In this document: one piece after another, positions 48,960 to 58,964 of the stretch
Layout: the number at the start of each line of letters is the position of its first letter
How positions within the stretch are numbered: position 1 is the stretch's first letter
NCBI GenBank assembly: GCA_946965045.2
Contig: OX337228.1
Coordinates: forward strand, 5,890,001-5,954,000
DNA from: Epithemia pelagica
Lineage: Eukaryota; Protista; Bacillariophyta
Length of the DNA: 64,000 bases
Direction of reading: 5' to 3'
The notes under the pieces: generated by a model
The model's database searches: none
The model's input: the letters and a program-made list of their open reading frames with translations, nothing else
What the model was told of the DNA's origin: nothing
Program-made: the position numbers and the translations under genes

Positions 48960-49593
48960 GAGCATACGAGGATTGGACTCCGTGACCAAGGTTGGAGGCC
49001 ATCACTGTGAAGATATGTTATGGCCTGTTTCTGTTTTCTTGGACGATACTGTGTTGTATTTTCCAACGGCCTAAAAGTTGCACGAATACCTTGGTTTAGA
49101 TACTGCCACTAAATAAATATGGACAAGCCTACGAGCCAATTTCCAGTCCTTTCCAGAAACCAGTGACTAGCACTTTGTCAACGTACTTTAACCTTCAACA
49201 CCTGCAGGTTGGCTTACTTCTTTTAAGGCACTTGACATGCCTTGCTGCAACAGTTTTCTTTCGTGGCATAAGGTTACTCTGTTGTATGTTGTATCAGTAT
49301 CAACTATAGGAAGTAGGAAGTCCGGGAAGCTATTGAAATCGCCTTAAAAGCTTGTTCCGTCTCGGATTGCACTACAGACAGATTATCAACAAGCTAGCCT
49401 TTCTCGTCCTAGAGAGGTCGCGTCAATGTCCCAAAAGGCTAGGTCGTTCGTCCAAACATCATCCAAGATTTCGGGGAGGCAACGTGTTCTCGTAGGACAG
49501 AATTCAGGTCTCAGCGTATATCTACAACCGATTAGGCGTAAGAAAGTGCGCCGGTCAGTTGGATGGCACGTGTCTTTAATTAATTTTGGTCCT

Positions 49594-49816
49594 GATGTCG
49601 GAAATCTGGTCCCGATCTCGGAATTCGGGTCGATCTCGGAATTCGGGCCAGATCTCGGAATTCGGGTCGATCTCGGAATTCGGGCCAGATCTCGGAATTC
49701 GGGTTTTACTCTGAAATAAAGTATACTTTTGTCGGAATTCGGGTCGATCTCGGAATTCGGGTCGATCTCGGAATTCGGGCCAGATCTCGGAATTCGGGCC
49801 AGATCTCGGAATTTGG
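49594..49816. repeat. Minisatellite of GATCTCGGAATTCGGG+(TC|CCA), 18/19-bp units in two blocks
   Basis: Perfect 16-mers at 49614, 49632, 49651, 49669, 49688, 49746, 49764 and 49783. Partial copies at 49594, 49732 and 49802. AT-rich interruption at 49704-49731. Confidence 0.95.
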
Positions 49817-50327
49817 TCTTTCCGTTGAACGGTTTTCAAGTTGCCATGCCTGCTTGCAATATCCTGTTTGACAGGTCAACTCGGCTCTCTAATGACTAGA
49901 TAGCTAGGAGTACTATTAGCCACTATCGAAATTCGGGGTTTTAGCTATGGAATGGGAACACGATCTACTTAACGCCATTCGTAATCGGGCAGTAAATACA
50001 CTACTCGCATAACTTTGAGTAGTAAATACACTACTCGCTTAATTTCCTTTCCACCCTACGTCGTCAATATCCACGTCATCTCTTTTTTGACCCGTCATTC
50101 TGATAGATCTCGTCATTTGGAGCGTTTTGGTATATGACACCCTACACTAATTCTCAAGTTGTGATGGTTGTTTCCTCGTTCAAAAAATCGCTACTTTCCC
50201 TCATTTTTCTTCCTTGACGATAGAGGTCCGACTTTGACCATAACTCCTACATTCTAAAAGTCGTTTCGAGTGTCGGCAATCTCCATTCAAGTCCATAATA
50301 ACATCAAGAAGTGGTGTACGGAAGGAT

Positions 50328-53300
50328 ATGTTGTCAACCTCGACCAATTCGGCCGGAGAGACCCAAACGTCACAGAGTGCGTACTCTCAGTCGTTACTCG
50401 ATTCATCTCAAGAAGCCAACGAATCAAGTCAAGCATCCTCCAGACCAGTTTCTGTTCCTACGCGACGACAGCCACAACAACGCAATCGGTTCTCCTACGC
50501 AAGAAGAAAGTTGATCGCTCCACATTCATTCTGGCTCGATCGGAATTTTCTCAACCGGTTCACTGCCACATTTCCTGGTCGAACAGTGAGCGCGCCGTTG
50601 TTGCTTCAGGGACAGATCCAAGCCTGTCCAACGAACAAGAATGGAAACGTTTATGTTGTATTTTGGAACCAAGCTGACCACCCAAATCTTGATCCAGCTT
50701 GGGTATGCCGTCATTACCCGTCGACCCAGTATTTCAAGGATCTCCTCAAAGACTACATCTATGCCTACGACGATTGGAAACGTCGTCAGGATTCGACGGG
50801 AAATACCTCTACGACCAACAACAACAACGCCGCTCCGTATTCTCGTCGTAACCAATTGTCTCCAACCGACAATAATACACAACAAACTTCCACCACCTTG
50901 ACCCAGACCGACAATACACAGCCAACTTTGAACCAAGTCACGCAGACAAACAATACACAGCAGCTTTCGATGTCTTCGACCCGTGGCAATAATCGGGAAA
51001 GTGAAACCCCACTTTCGCACGATTCCAATGAACCTGATTTGCCTTCTCCCCAAGATGACGACAATTCTGATAACCAAGACATCCCATCGACAATTGAAAG
51101 GGCCCAACGTCGCGCTCAACTCCGAACTGCAGCTGCAGAAGATGGGTCACCTGCTCTGTCCAATCTCACAGACAACCAGCCAAGTCAAGGCATTACAGGC
51201 AACACACCTCCAACCAATCCTGACTCTCGTCCCATACGCCTTTTTGGGAGCGGCAGTACTGTCACTAATGGAGAATCTGGTACCGCGACAGAGAACGCGT
51301 CAATGCCTAGTCGGCGACTTCGACGACGACCCAATGACACAGAGGACTCAAGTGATTCTGAATCGGACGAAGATGGAGCGGACCCAGACGACAATTTGGA
51401 ACAAGACGAACAAGTTCCACGCCCAGACAATCCACTGGAGGACCAGAATGATTCGGACGATGAGGATGAAGAGGAAACTGAAGAAACACCCCCTCCCGTG
51501 CCCCCTCCACAACAAAACACAAATGCAGCACAACAAAACACAAATGAGACGAATGAGAACAACCAACCAGAACAAACCATTCGTCAACTCATGGATGCGT
51601 TGGTATTTTCATATCAAGAGACAGAACTTTCGGCTGAACCTACCGAATGGATTGGAAAAGACGCGAATCATCGTTCCATGTACAGTGGACCAGATGGTCT
51701 CAGGAATGGAGTTAGTGACAACTTTACCAATCCATACCAATGTTTCCAGTTTGTTGGTGGCCTGTCAAATTCGCTGATAGCAGATATGGCAACTGCTACG
51801 AATGTTTATTTCCACGAGAAGATAAAACCAAACCTGGTGTCTCGTCGTGGATACTACCACTCACAAAAGTGGCAGAATGTCACTCTCGAAGAGATGACGA
51901 GATTTCTAGGGATCATCCTGATGATGTCCCTTCGTCCCGTCGACGGAGGAGGATACGGTGCATATTTTCAAACTACAAATCGCATGTATAATGTCGGGGC
52001 CGGCCAACCGGCTATTGAAATCAAAGATAGCGCAGGATGGGCCAGTCAATATATGAAGTTAGCACGTTTCCGGCAGATTCGGGGGGCTTTCCACTTCGAG
52101 GAGAGTCCAAGCAGGCGTGGCGGTGACAAATGCCATCAGTTACGAAAGTTGATCACAGCCCTCAACGCAGCTTCAAAACGTAGCTTCCGGATCCCCAAAG
52201 ACATGGCGTTCGACGAAGGTGGCATTGGATGCAGGTCACGGTACTGTCCGGTGAGACAGTATAACAAAGATAAACCCCAGAAGTTTCGGGTTGACTTTTT
52301 TATATTGTCTTCTTCTTCCACCTACGCAATTCTTCATCTGGACGTTTATCAAGGAAAAAACACGTCCAATGCCTACATACGGCCGGAAGCTAAACAGCTC
52401 CCTACTACCATGAAGGCAGTCGTCAACGCCTGTTACGCATTGGGCATCCACAAGTTGACAGATGGTTACCGGCATCTGTCGATGGACAATCGATACGCTG
52501 CTCCGAAGTTGGCAGTCATCCTCCGCGACCGGCTCCGTCTTTTTTCCACTGGGACATGTCGGGCCAATAGGATTGGTTGGAATCGAACCAAGTTGAATTT
52601 GAAGCGGACAAAGACAAATCGGGGTAATTGCATCTTGTTTCATGACCCAGTGAATGGGCTCATCTTCGGGCAGTGGGTGGATTCGAAAACGGTGAACTTC
52701 GTAAGTTCCTACGAAGATTCTGGAAGTGGGATCGTCCTCCGCCAAGTGGGCAGTCAGAAAGTGGAGTTTGTTTGCCCTGTACCGCTAATACGGTACCAAA
52801 TGAATATGGGCGGCGTTGATAATGGTGACCAGATGAGGTTTCAGTTCGGAGGATTTGCAACCCATTCACACTTCAAGAAATGGTATAAGAAATCTGGCTT
52901 CGCTGTGATTGATTGTATGCTACTCAACAGTTATATTGCTTGGAACCTTGCAGCAGGCAATCGTCCTCGTTCCCGTAAAACGAAGTTGTCGCGGCATGCA
53001 TTTTACACAATCATTGCCCAAACAATGTGCAGCTACGTCGCTCCTCAGGAAGTAGATGCTTTGGCTCGTCGGACAAGAAACAATAACGAATCAACATGTA
53101 ACGATGGGCACTACCCAGTGGCGGTAGAAAGCAACAAACAAGTTGGATGTGCTGTGTGTATGCTGGAATATAGATGGAAGAAGCAAGAACTTAAGATGGG
53201 TGGGTTATTCAAGAACGTTGGGAGATGCGTCAAGTGTGGGATTGCGGCCCACACGGTGGCTTGCCAACACAAAGGAGAAGAAGGCTGGAAAATCCACAAC

Positions 53301-53615
53301 CGGCCTGAGTTTCAGAACAAGACGTGCTTCGAAATCTTGCACTCATCAACAGGAAAAGAGATTTTCGTGGAGGCAGACGAGGGGTCTCGGTACACATACA
53401 CGGTGAGAAAGAACCATCCCGTTGTGGCGGAACTACGGGAAGCACAAGGCTTGACATCAACGTTGACTCGGAAAAGAACACGCCAAGGAGCCGGAGAAAC
53501 GCAACCACGTAGACGAAGACGACAAAATGAGAATGAAGAGTCGGATGCATCAAATACAGACAATGAGAACAACGAAGATAACGACGAAGATGATGAAGAG
53601 TTTGAGGCAGTGTAG
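50328..53615 (+). CDS. piggyBac-family DDD transposase (1,095 aa) with long N-terminal extension and Cys-rich C-terminus
   Basis: YMKLARFRQIRGAFHF, FDEG (D629), RQYNKDKPQKF, MDNRY (D720), WVDSKTV, YQMNMGGVDNGDQ (D831/D834), KKWYKK and LLNSYI; C-terminal CAVC...CVKC...H...CFEILH. Confidence 0.93.
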   Translation: MLSTSTNSAGETQTSQSAYSQSLLDSSQEANESSQASSRPVSVPTRRQPQQRNRFSYARRKLIAPHSFWLDRNFLNRFTATFPGRTVSAPLLLQGQIQACPTNKNGNVYVVFWNQADHPNLDPAWVCRHYPSTQYFKDLLKDYIYAYDDWKRRQDSTGNTSTTNNNNAAPYSRRNQLSPTDNNTQQTSTTLTQTDNTQPTLNQVTQTNNTQQLSMSSTRGNNRESETPLSHDSNEPDLPSPQDDDNSDNQDIPSTIERAQRRAQLRTAAAEDGSPALSNLTDNQPSQGITGNTPPTNPDSRPIRLFGSGSTVTNGESGTATENASMPSRRLRRRPNDTEDSSDSESDEDGADPDDNLEQDEQVPRPDNPLEDQNDSDDEDEEETEETPPPVPPPQQNTNAAQQNTNETNENNQPEQTIRQLMDALVFSYQETELSAEPTEWIGKDANHRSMYSGPDGLRNGVSDNFTNPYQCFQFVGGLSNSLIADMATATNVYFHEKIKPNLVSRRGYYHSQKWQNVTLEEMTRFLGIILMMSLRPVDGGGYGAYFQTTNRMYNVGAGQPAIEIKDSAGWASQYMKLARFRQIRGAFHFEESPSRRGGDKCHQLRKLITALNAASKRSFRIPKDMAFDEGGIGCRSRYCPVRQYNKDKPQKFRVDFFILSSSSTYAILHLDVYQGKNTSNAYIRPEAKQLPTTMKAVVNACYALGIHKLTDGYRHLSMDNRYAAPKLAVILRDRLRLFSTGTCRANRIGWNRTKLNLKRTKTNRGNCILFHDPVNGLIFGQWVDSKTVNFVSSYEDSGSGIVLRQVGSQKVEFVCPVPLIRYQMNMGGVDNGDQMRFQFGGFATHSHFKKWYKKSGFAVIDCMLLNSYIAWNLAAGNRPRSRKTKLSRHAFYTIIAQTMCSYVAPQEVDALARRTRNNNESTCNDGHYPVAVESNKQVGCAVCMLEYRWKKQELKMGGLFKNVGRCVKCGIAAHTVACQHKGEEGWKIHNRPEFQNKTCFEILHSSTGKEIFVEADEGSRYTYTVRKNHPVVAELREAQGLTSTLTRKRTRQGAGETQPRRRRRQNENEESDASNTDNENNEDNDEDDEEFEAV

Positions 53616-53698
53616 TAAAAAACAGATCAACATATCAAATTGACATTCTAAGCAATATTCAGTTACTACTACGAGGATGTATTGACTCCCTGTGTTGC

Positions 53699-54145
53699 CT
53701 AATGGTCAGTAGGAGCAGGAATGAAACCAGTATAAGGGTCGTCTGTGTTTTCATTCGGGAAATTTTCACGGACAAAGTCCACTAGGCAAGGAGGTAGTTC
53801 AACACGGTTGCCCTTCCCCAGTGTGCCATAGAGCTTGTTGGTAAGGCGGCGGTACAAATGGTAGCGTATGGAACGGTTAGGCTTACCAAGGCCCTTGAGG
53901 TGCGTCGCAATATCGTGCATGTAAGGGAGGTGCTCAACAACTTGGCACGGGTTGAGTTTGCAAACGGGGCAAACATTCTCCCAAAACATGTATCCATGTT
54001 TATTGCTAGAAGACTGTTGAGTATTGTTCAATTCATGAAGGATGCGGTCAATGCTTTCCATCGTCGCGTATTCTTCAGGAATAAAGCGGGTTTCAGTGCG
54101 TTCTTTGGCTTGGTGAACTACGTTGCCGTCCTGATTTGTTGTCAT
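53699..54145 (-). CDS. Transposon-borne accessory protein (148 aa) with a P2X7-ballast-like motif
   Basis: Open frame extends to 54340; ATG 54145 is the best start. CPVCKLNPC then NRSIRYHLYRR...YGTLGKGNRVELPPCLVDFVRENFP...YTGF. Lies wholly inside the TIRs. Confidence 0.75.
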   Translation of the reverse strand: MTTNQDGNVVHQAKERTETRFIPEEYATMESIDRILHELNNTQQSSSNKHGYMFWENVCPVCKLNPCQVVEHLPYMHDIATHLKGLGKPNRSIRYHLYRRLTNKLYGTLGKGNRVELPPCLVDFVRENFPNENTDDPYTGFIPAPTDH

Positions 54146-54849
54146 GACAAGAGACTTCTGCAGGGTAAAGGGCACAAACACTCCACTTGATGAACAGTTG
54201 TTGTCGGGGAGGTGGGTTTCTGCAATGTCGACAGATTCGTTGAATGCTAAAAGACAAAACAAAAATGAGGTGAGGATCATTTGCGCATCGTGAATGGGTG
54301 CGATAGCAACTTTTGGTATAATCGTTCCGTACAAACACACCTTCCATCATACCCGGGTCATCCATGGTTGCGTTGTGGTTTGGTTTGACAATTCAATGAT
54401 CCCAATGACATAGTGCAATGAGATCAGTCAATGCATTGGATACTACAGCGCGATGAAAGCAACAAAAATGATGCTGGCGGAGAGTTAAAACGATCTGTTT
54501 TCAAACACGGTTAAGGCGCGAGCAGTATAAGCGAGCATAACCACTAATCCCATAAATTTTATGCGAGTAGTAAACTGGTTGCTCGCTAGTGCTTAAAACG
54601 CGTTCCTTACGAATGGCGTTAAAGGAATGATTAACTAGGATAGGTTGTGCTATGGCTTTTGTCTGACTTCTTGTCCGGACTCGACAGGTAATTGGCAAAT
54701 CTCTTGGCAGCCTCTCGTCCGAGCTTTTAAGGCAATTTCATTGAGCTCCCGCAATGGCGGTCGCGCGGGATAAAGGTCATAAAGACGACTTATGAGCGAT
54801 TGAGGATGGATCTTTTTCTCTGTCGGGGCAAAGATCCAACGACTCGACC

Positions 54850-56431
54850 ATGAAAACAAGTGGAGCGGCTCTCCTTATTTGTGCATTTACATGGAATGAA
54901 TGCAGAGCTTTTTATCACAATGTACCACTCATAACACGACGTCTCCTAGAAGTTCAATCCAGCAGTCATGCTCCGAAGCGAACCCATCATGATGAGAAGC
55001 GTACCGTTCCGACTGACTTCTCATATTCCACTGCATCGGCGCAAGCGACGATATCGACAACAAAGCGACAAGAGTCGTTGATAACGGGGAAAAGATCAGT
55101 CAGCTCAACAAGTTTATATTCATCGTTCCGCAGCACAGACTTGCTAGTTGCAATGGGAAACAATTTCGGATCACTCGATTCAATGTTGAGCATGAGCTCG
55201 GATACTGCCGAGGCCTTGGCTGGGCCATTCTTTGGTGCATCGCTCTTTCCATACCTTGCTTTTCTATACTTTTTGAATCTCGAGGAAAATGAATGTCCCA
55301 AAGGCGTTACAGTCGGATTCGCAACATGTCTTCTCTTTGTTTTTCTTACCATACCGGCAGCCATTGCAGCCAAGCTACTTTATGGTGTCTCACTGGCCGA
55401 CAGTGACTGGCTGCATGGGTCCGCCGAATCTTTGTTAACCATTACAAATTTGGTCACAGTTATAGCATTTCGCCAGGCACTGTCAGCCAAAGAGCAAGTT
55501 ACGGATGGGAAGGATGTCATTATGCCTCGCAGTGCCCAATCGTACGCCCCCATGACATGGCTTGTCGTTGGCCTCACAGCTTTGGCAGCAGCAACAGCAA
55601 TCGTACCAGCCCTCAATGATCCCCAAGTTCATACATTGTTCTTGGGAGGCTTCCTAGATCTTCCTTTTACAGTTGAATTCCTCGGTGCCAATCCGGAACC
55701 AGCAAACGCCTTGTCTATTCCATGCTGGATCATCCATGTTTCGTCGCTTGTGGAGTTTTTGGTGGCAATGGGGTTTTGTTGGAGATGGGCTGATGTTGTT
55801 GGTAATCCGACCTGGAAAGGCTTGACGTGGGGACTTTTGCCTCTTCATTCCAGTGGAATTACTGCCTGCACATATCATCTTTTCTAGTAAGTCTATTGTG
55901 TCTTCTTCGTTGCGCAAAGTCCTACCCAAACTCTTTTGCACGCTCACAACGCCTTGTCTTTTTTCTCTGGCTCCGGACAAAAGCAACCAAATCCCTGTCC
56001 TGGTGCCGCTGCAAGCATTTCTAACTTGTGTAGGCAATACATCTGCGGCATATGCCGCATTTCGTATTGCTCGTTCCAATGGCTGGGAAAGTCCTGAATT
56101 ACCAGTCCTTTCGGATTGGATCAGTGGTACCACCAAAGCACCCGACACGGAAACGGTAGTACAACACCAACAACCAGAATCCGCAAGTCTGATTGGGTTT
56201 GAAGATTTGGGCGATGCCTTGGCGGGGGACAATGACTATACATTTCTCATCAAGTTGTTTGCGGGCTGCGCTGTTGCCTCGTATGTGATCAAGTATGGCG
56301 AAACCTTTTGGTCTTTTCCGTACGACGCCAATGTCTATTTAGGGCTCTCTGTGGTCGCCATACCGAGTGCACTGAATGCATTCAAGTGGTACAAGCGTAG
56401 TCAGGATCCTTCCTTTGAGGGGTGGTTTTGA
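54850..56431 (+). CDS. Plastid membrane protein with DUF3593-like and Ycf49/DUF2499-like domains
   Basis: Exons 54850-55886 and 55984-56431. Signal peptide ending CRA-F. FFGASLFPYLAFLYFL, DWLHGSAESLLTITN, LSIPCWIIHVSSLVEF, WKGLTW and ACTYHLF. Confidence 0.8.
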
Positions 56432-56693
56432 TGCCCACGTCGGATACAATGAAGCGTTTGACGGTTTGGATCCGTCCTCACACAAAAGCTCACAGACCAA
56501 CGGAACTACCGGTAGATGCAAACTTGTTGTGAATCTGCTCTGCTCTGTTACGTCAGACAATGAAACGTTTGAAGTTTCAGTTTCACCATAGACGGATAAA
56601 TGCAAACGTTTAGTTGTTTATTAACTCTGGTCTGTTATAGCCTCGCAATAACACAAATGGTCCTACTACCTAGGTACTCGTTCTCGGATCCAA

Positions 56694-58496
56694 TTACGAT
56701 TGGACGACAAAGGCGACAATTCCCATGGCAATAAAGAGAAGGGCCACTGTCGTCATGGCAATCCGAATCGAAGGGTTGGAGACATCTTCGTGATGTCCAC
56801 AAAAAAAGAGTCCACAGGGCATTTGGTGTGAATCGGCAATTTCGTCCAAAACGCGTCGGTAGAGATCGTCATCAATTCGAATGGCATAAAAGGTGGGAGG
56901 GATCAATTCCTTGCCTTCGTTACTGGCCTTATTGAATCGATTGTCCTGGTCCATCCTATGTTCCCAATTGGTCAATTCTTCGGCGGCCAAGTGGTAGAGT
57001 TCGTACTGCGCCGCGGGGATCTCTTGCATGTAGAGTCTTCCAAACTCCATATTCTTGTTATTAATGAGTCGAACGGCTTCATAGGGAAAATGCAACTGAA
57101 CGTGTCCTTCTTCGGTGACACCTTGAAAGAGGGCCGATTTGCTAATATCGGAGACCACGGAATGATGGGAGGTGACGGATTGTCCACCGACCGACTGCAA
57201 ATCGGTGGCCGATTGATTTCTGGAAAAGGAGGGTCGTCGATGATGAGAACCAGTGCTGTTGTTACTCGACACAAACGTTCCCGACAAGGATCGACGGCGA
57301 GCCGTGTCTGGCTTTTTGCGATTGCCACTGCTGGGAGCCGGCGATCTGCTGGGGGGACCAGCCGGAGGGAGATTGCCCGTGGAACCGGAACGACGATGTT
57401 TGGTGCTTCCTGTGGAGGCATTCGAACCGGAACGACGATGCGTCGGAGATTTTCCAATCCGCTGTTTTTCGTCCTTGGCCGAAGAAGGCGGTCGCGAATT
57501 CAAATTCTCGGGGCTCTGTTTTGGCGGCGGCGGCTGAGACGACGAGGCGAGCGATGGATCGGGGTACTGTTGACTGACGACCGCATTAAAACTCTTTTCA
57601 ATATCATCAATCGTCAGTGCACCCAAACCACGGTTGCTGGCGGTTGTTCCTGTCATGTCGACATGACTGCCCGGTGGGGACAAGCGAGGATAGCCGCCTG
57701 TCTGGGACGAAGACGCTTGATAGCTATCACCTCCAATGCTACTGAGAGATCCGTAATTTCCCTCAAAGGAGGACATGCTGTTGTTGCCGGAAGCCAGCAT
57801 GTTAGAATACTCATTGACTCCTCCTCCTGCTGCTCCTGCTGCACCCGGTGCAGGGACGACTCCTGGTGGATAAAAGGATGTGCCACCATAACCAGCCGTG
57901 GGGGGTTGTGAGGGAGGAGAGTAAAATCCCGACCCGGCCGTTTGAAATCCACCTTGATAGGTCATTCCATAATGTGGTTCTTGTCGTGGAGCAAGGCCAT
58001 GAGGAGGCTGTTGTTGTCCAGGAGCGGGCGCTGGTACATAATTGGGATAAAAGTAACTGGAGGGGACGGATGGATCTTGTGCCGTCGTCCCTTGTGGATG
58101 CGGTGGTGCACCATAATAGGGCGAGGGTTGTGGTTGCTGCTGCTGGTGTCGTGAGGCGGCATTCATCATGGACGCATCGGCTGGATTCGTGGAGGAAAAG
58201 GCACCATAGGCCGTCCCATACATGCCGGCGGGGGGCGGAGCGGCATCGCCACCGCCCTCTCCTTGAATGGCGGCAGCAGCCGCGGCCGCGGCCGCTTCTT
58301 GTTGTCGACTTCCACGACGACCTCGTTTTTCATCTTGTTGACGATCGGCTTCCAGTAACTCGACATTTTCAATCGAAATGGTAGGACCATTGCTGCTTCC
58401 ACGACGAGATCCACCCGGTGACGATGCCGTGGCAGGCATTGGACTGGGAACGACCTTGGGTGGGAGAGGTTGCGGTTGTTGGCCGCTGCTGCTCAT
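56694..58496 (-). CDS. Low-complexity Pro/Ser/Gly/Tyr-rich hypothetical protein with a C-terminal domain and tail anchor
   Basis: 600-aa single ORF. Globular-looking C-terminus FQGVTEEGHVQLHFPYE...YRRVLDEI...GLFFCGHHED, then a terminal hydrophobic helix. Confidence 0.7.
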   Translation of the reverse strand: MSSSGQQPQPLPPKVVPSPMPATASSPGGSRRGSSNGPTISIENVELLEADRQQDEKRGRRGSRQQEAAAAAAAAAIQGEGGGDAAPPPAGMYGTAYGAFSSTNPADASMMNAASRHQQQQPQPSPYYGAPPHPQGTTAQDPSVPSSYFYPNYVPAPAPGQQQPPHGLAPRQEPHYGMTYQGGFQTAGSGFYSPPSQPPTAGYGGTSFYPPGVVPAPGAAGAAGGGVNEYSNMLASGNNSMSSFEGNYGSLSSIGGDSYQASSSQTGGYPRLSPPGSHVDMTGTTASNRGLGALTIDDIEKSFNAVVSQQYPDPSLASSSQPPPPKQSPENLNSRPPSSAKDEKQRIGKSPTHRRSGSNASTGSTKHRRSGSTGNLPPAGPPSRSPAPSSGNRKKPDTARRRSLSGTFVSSNNSTGSHHRRPSFSRNQSATDLQSVGGQSVTSHHSVVSDISKSALFQGVTEEGHVQLHFPYEAVRLINNKNMEFGRLYMQEIPAAQYELYHLAAEELTNWEHRMDQDNRFNKASNEGKELIPPTFYAIRIDDDLYRRVLDEIADSHQMPCGLFFCGHHEDVSNPSIRIAMTTVALLFIAMGIVAFVVQS

Positions 58497-58964
58497 GGTG
58501 GAAACTACAAGTTGTCGCTGTACTTGGTGGTGAAGAAATAAGTGTCAATGTTAAGAGCAAAGGCAAGGAAGCAACAATACGATGGATCTGAATGCGTTTT
58601 GTTTCAGAGATCCAAAAACTCAACCCTTGCACTTTTTGGCTTTGGCTGCTCTATTTGCCAAAACGTGTGTGTGTGTGGACAAACATCCCCAAAAACCGAA
58701 AAAATGATCCTCCTCCGGGCGGGACAGCGGGACTAAAGAAGTTTCTCAACAGAAAGATGTGCCTAAGTAAAATCGTTTTGGTCATGATCGCGTTGACGCA
58801 TGCCCATGTATTTTCCGGGCCTGCGACTACGCCCAATGACTGCCACCACGTACCACACTGTCTGTGCGTCGGTGCGTCTATCACAAGGAACCATGTCCAT
58901 CGAAAAAGAAATTGATTCGAAAGAACACACTTCCACACTATCCATCAACGATCCAATCACCGCC

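Larger units (their letters stand above)
49973..54618 (+). mobile_element. Full-length piggyBac-type DNA transposon (4,646 bp) carrying two ORFs
   Basis: TTAA (49969-72)|CGCCATTCGTAA ... TTACGAATGGCG|TTAA (54619-22). Internal IR ACTACTCGCATAA at 50000-50012 and its complement at 54559-54571. 18-bp direct repeat at 49991 and 50021. Intact transposase. Confidence 0.95.

Noticed and set aside
49594-49816. CRISPR-like appearance of the repeat array
   Set aside because: Units are directly adjacent with only 2-3 nt linkers, there are no unique spacers or cas genes, and the context is eukaryotic.
56958-58384. Long plus-strand ORFs opposite the 600-aa gene, and similar antisense ORFs elsewhere
   Set aside because: Shadow frames of low-complexity or biased coding sequence with no independent motifs.
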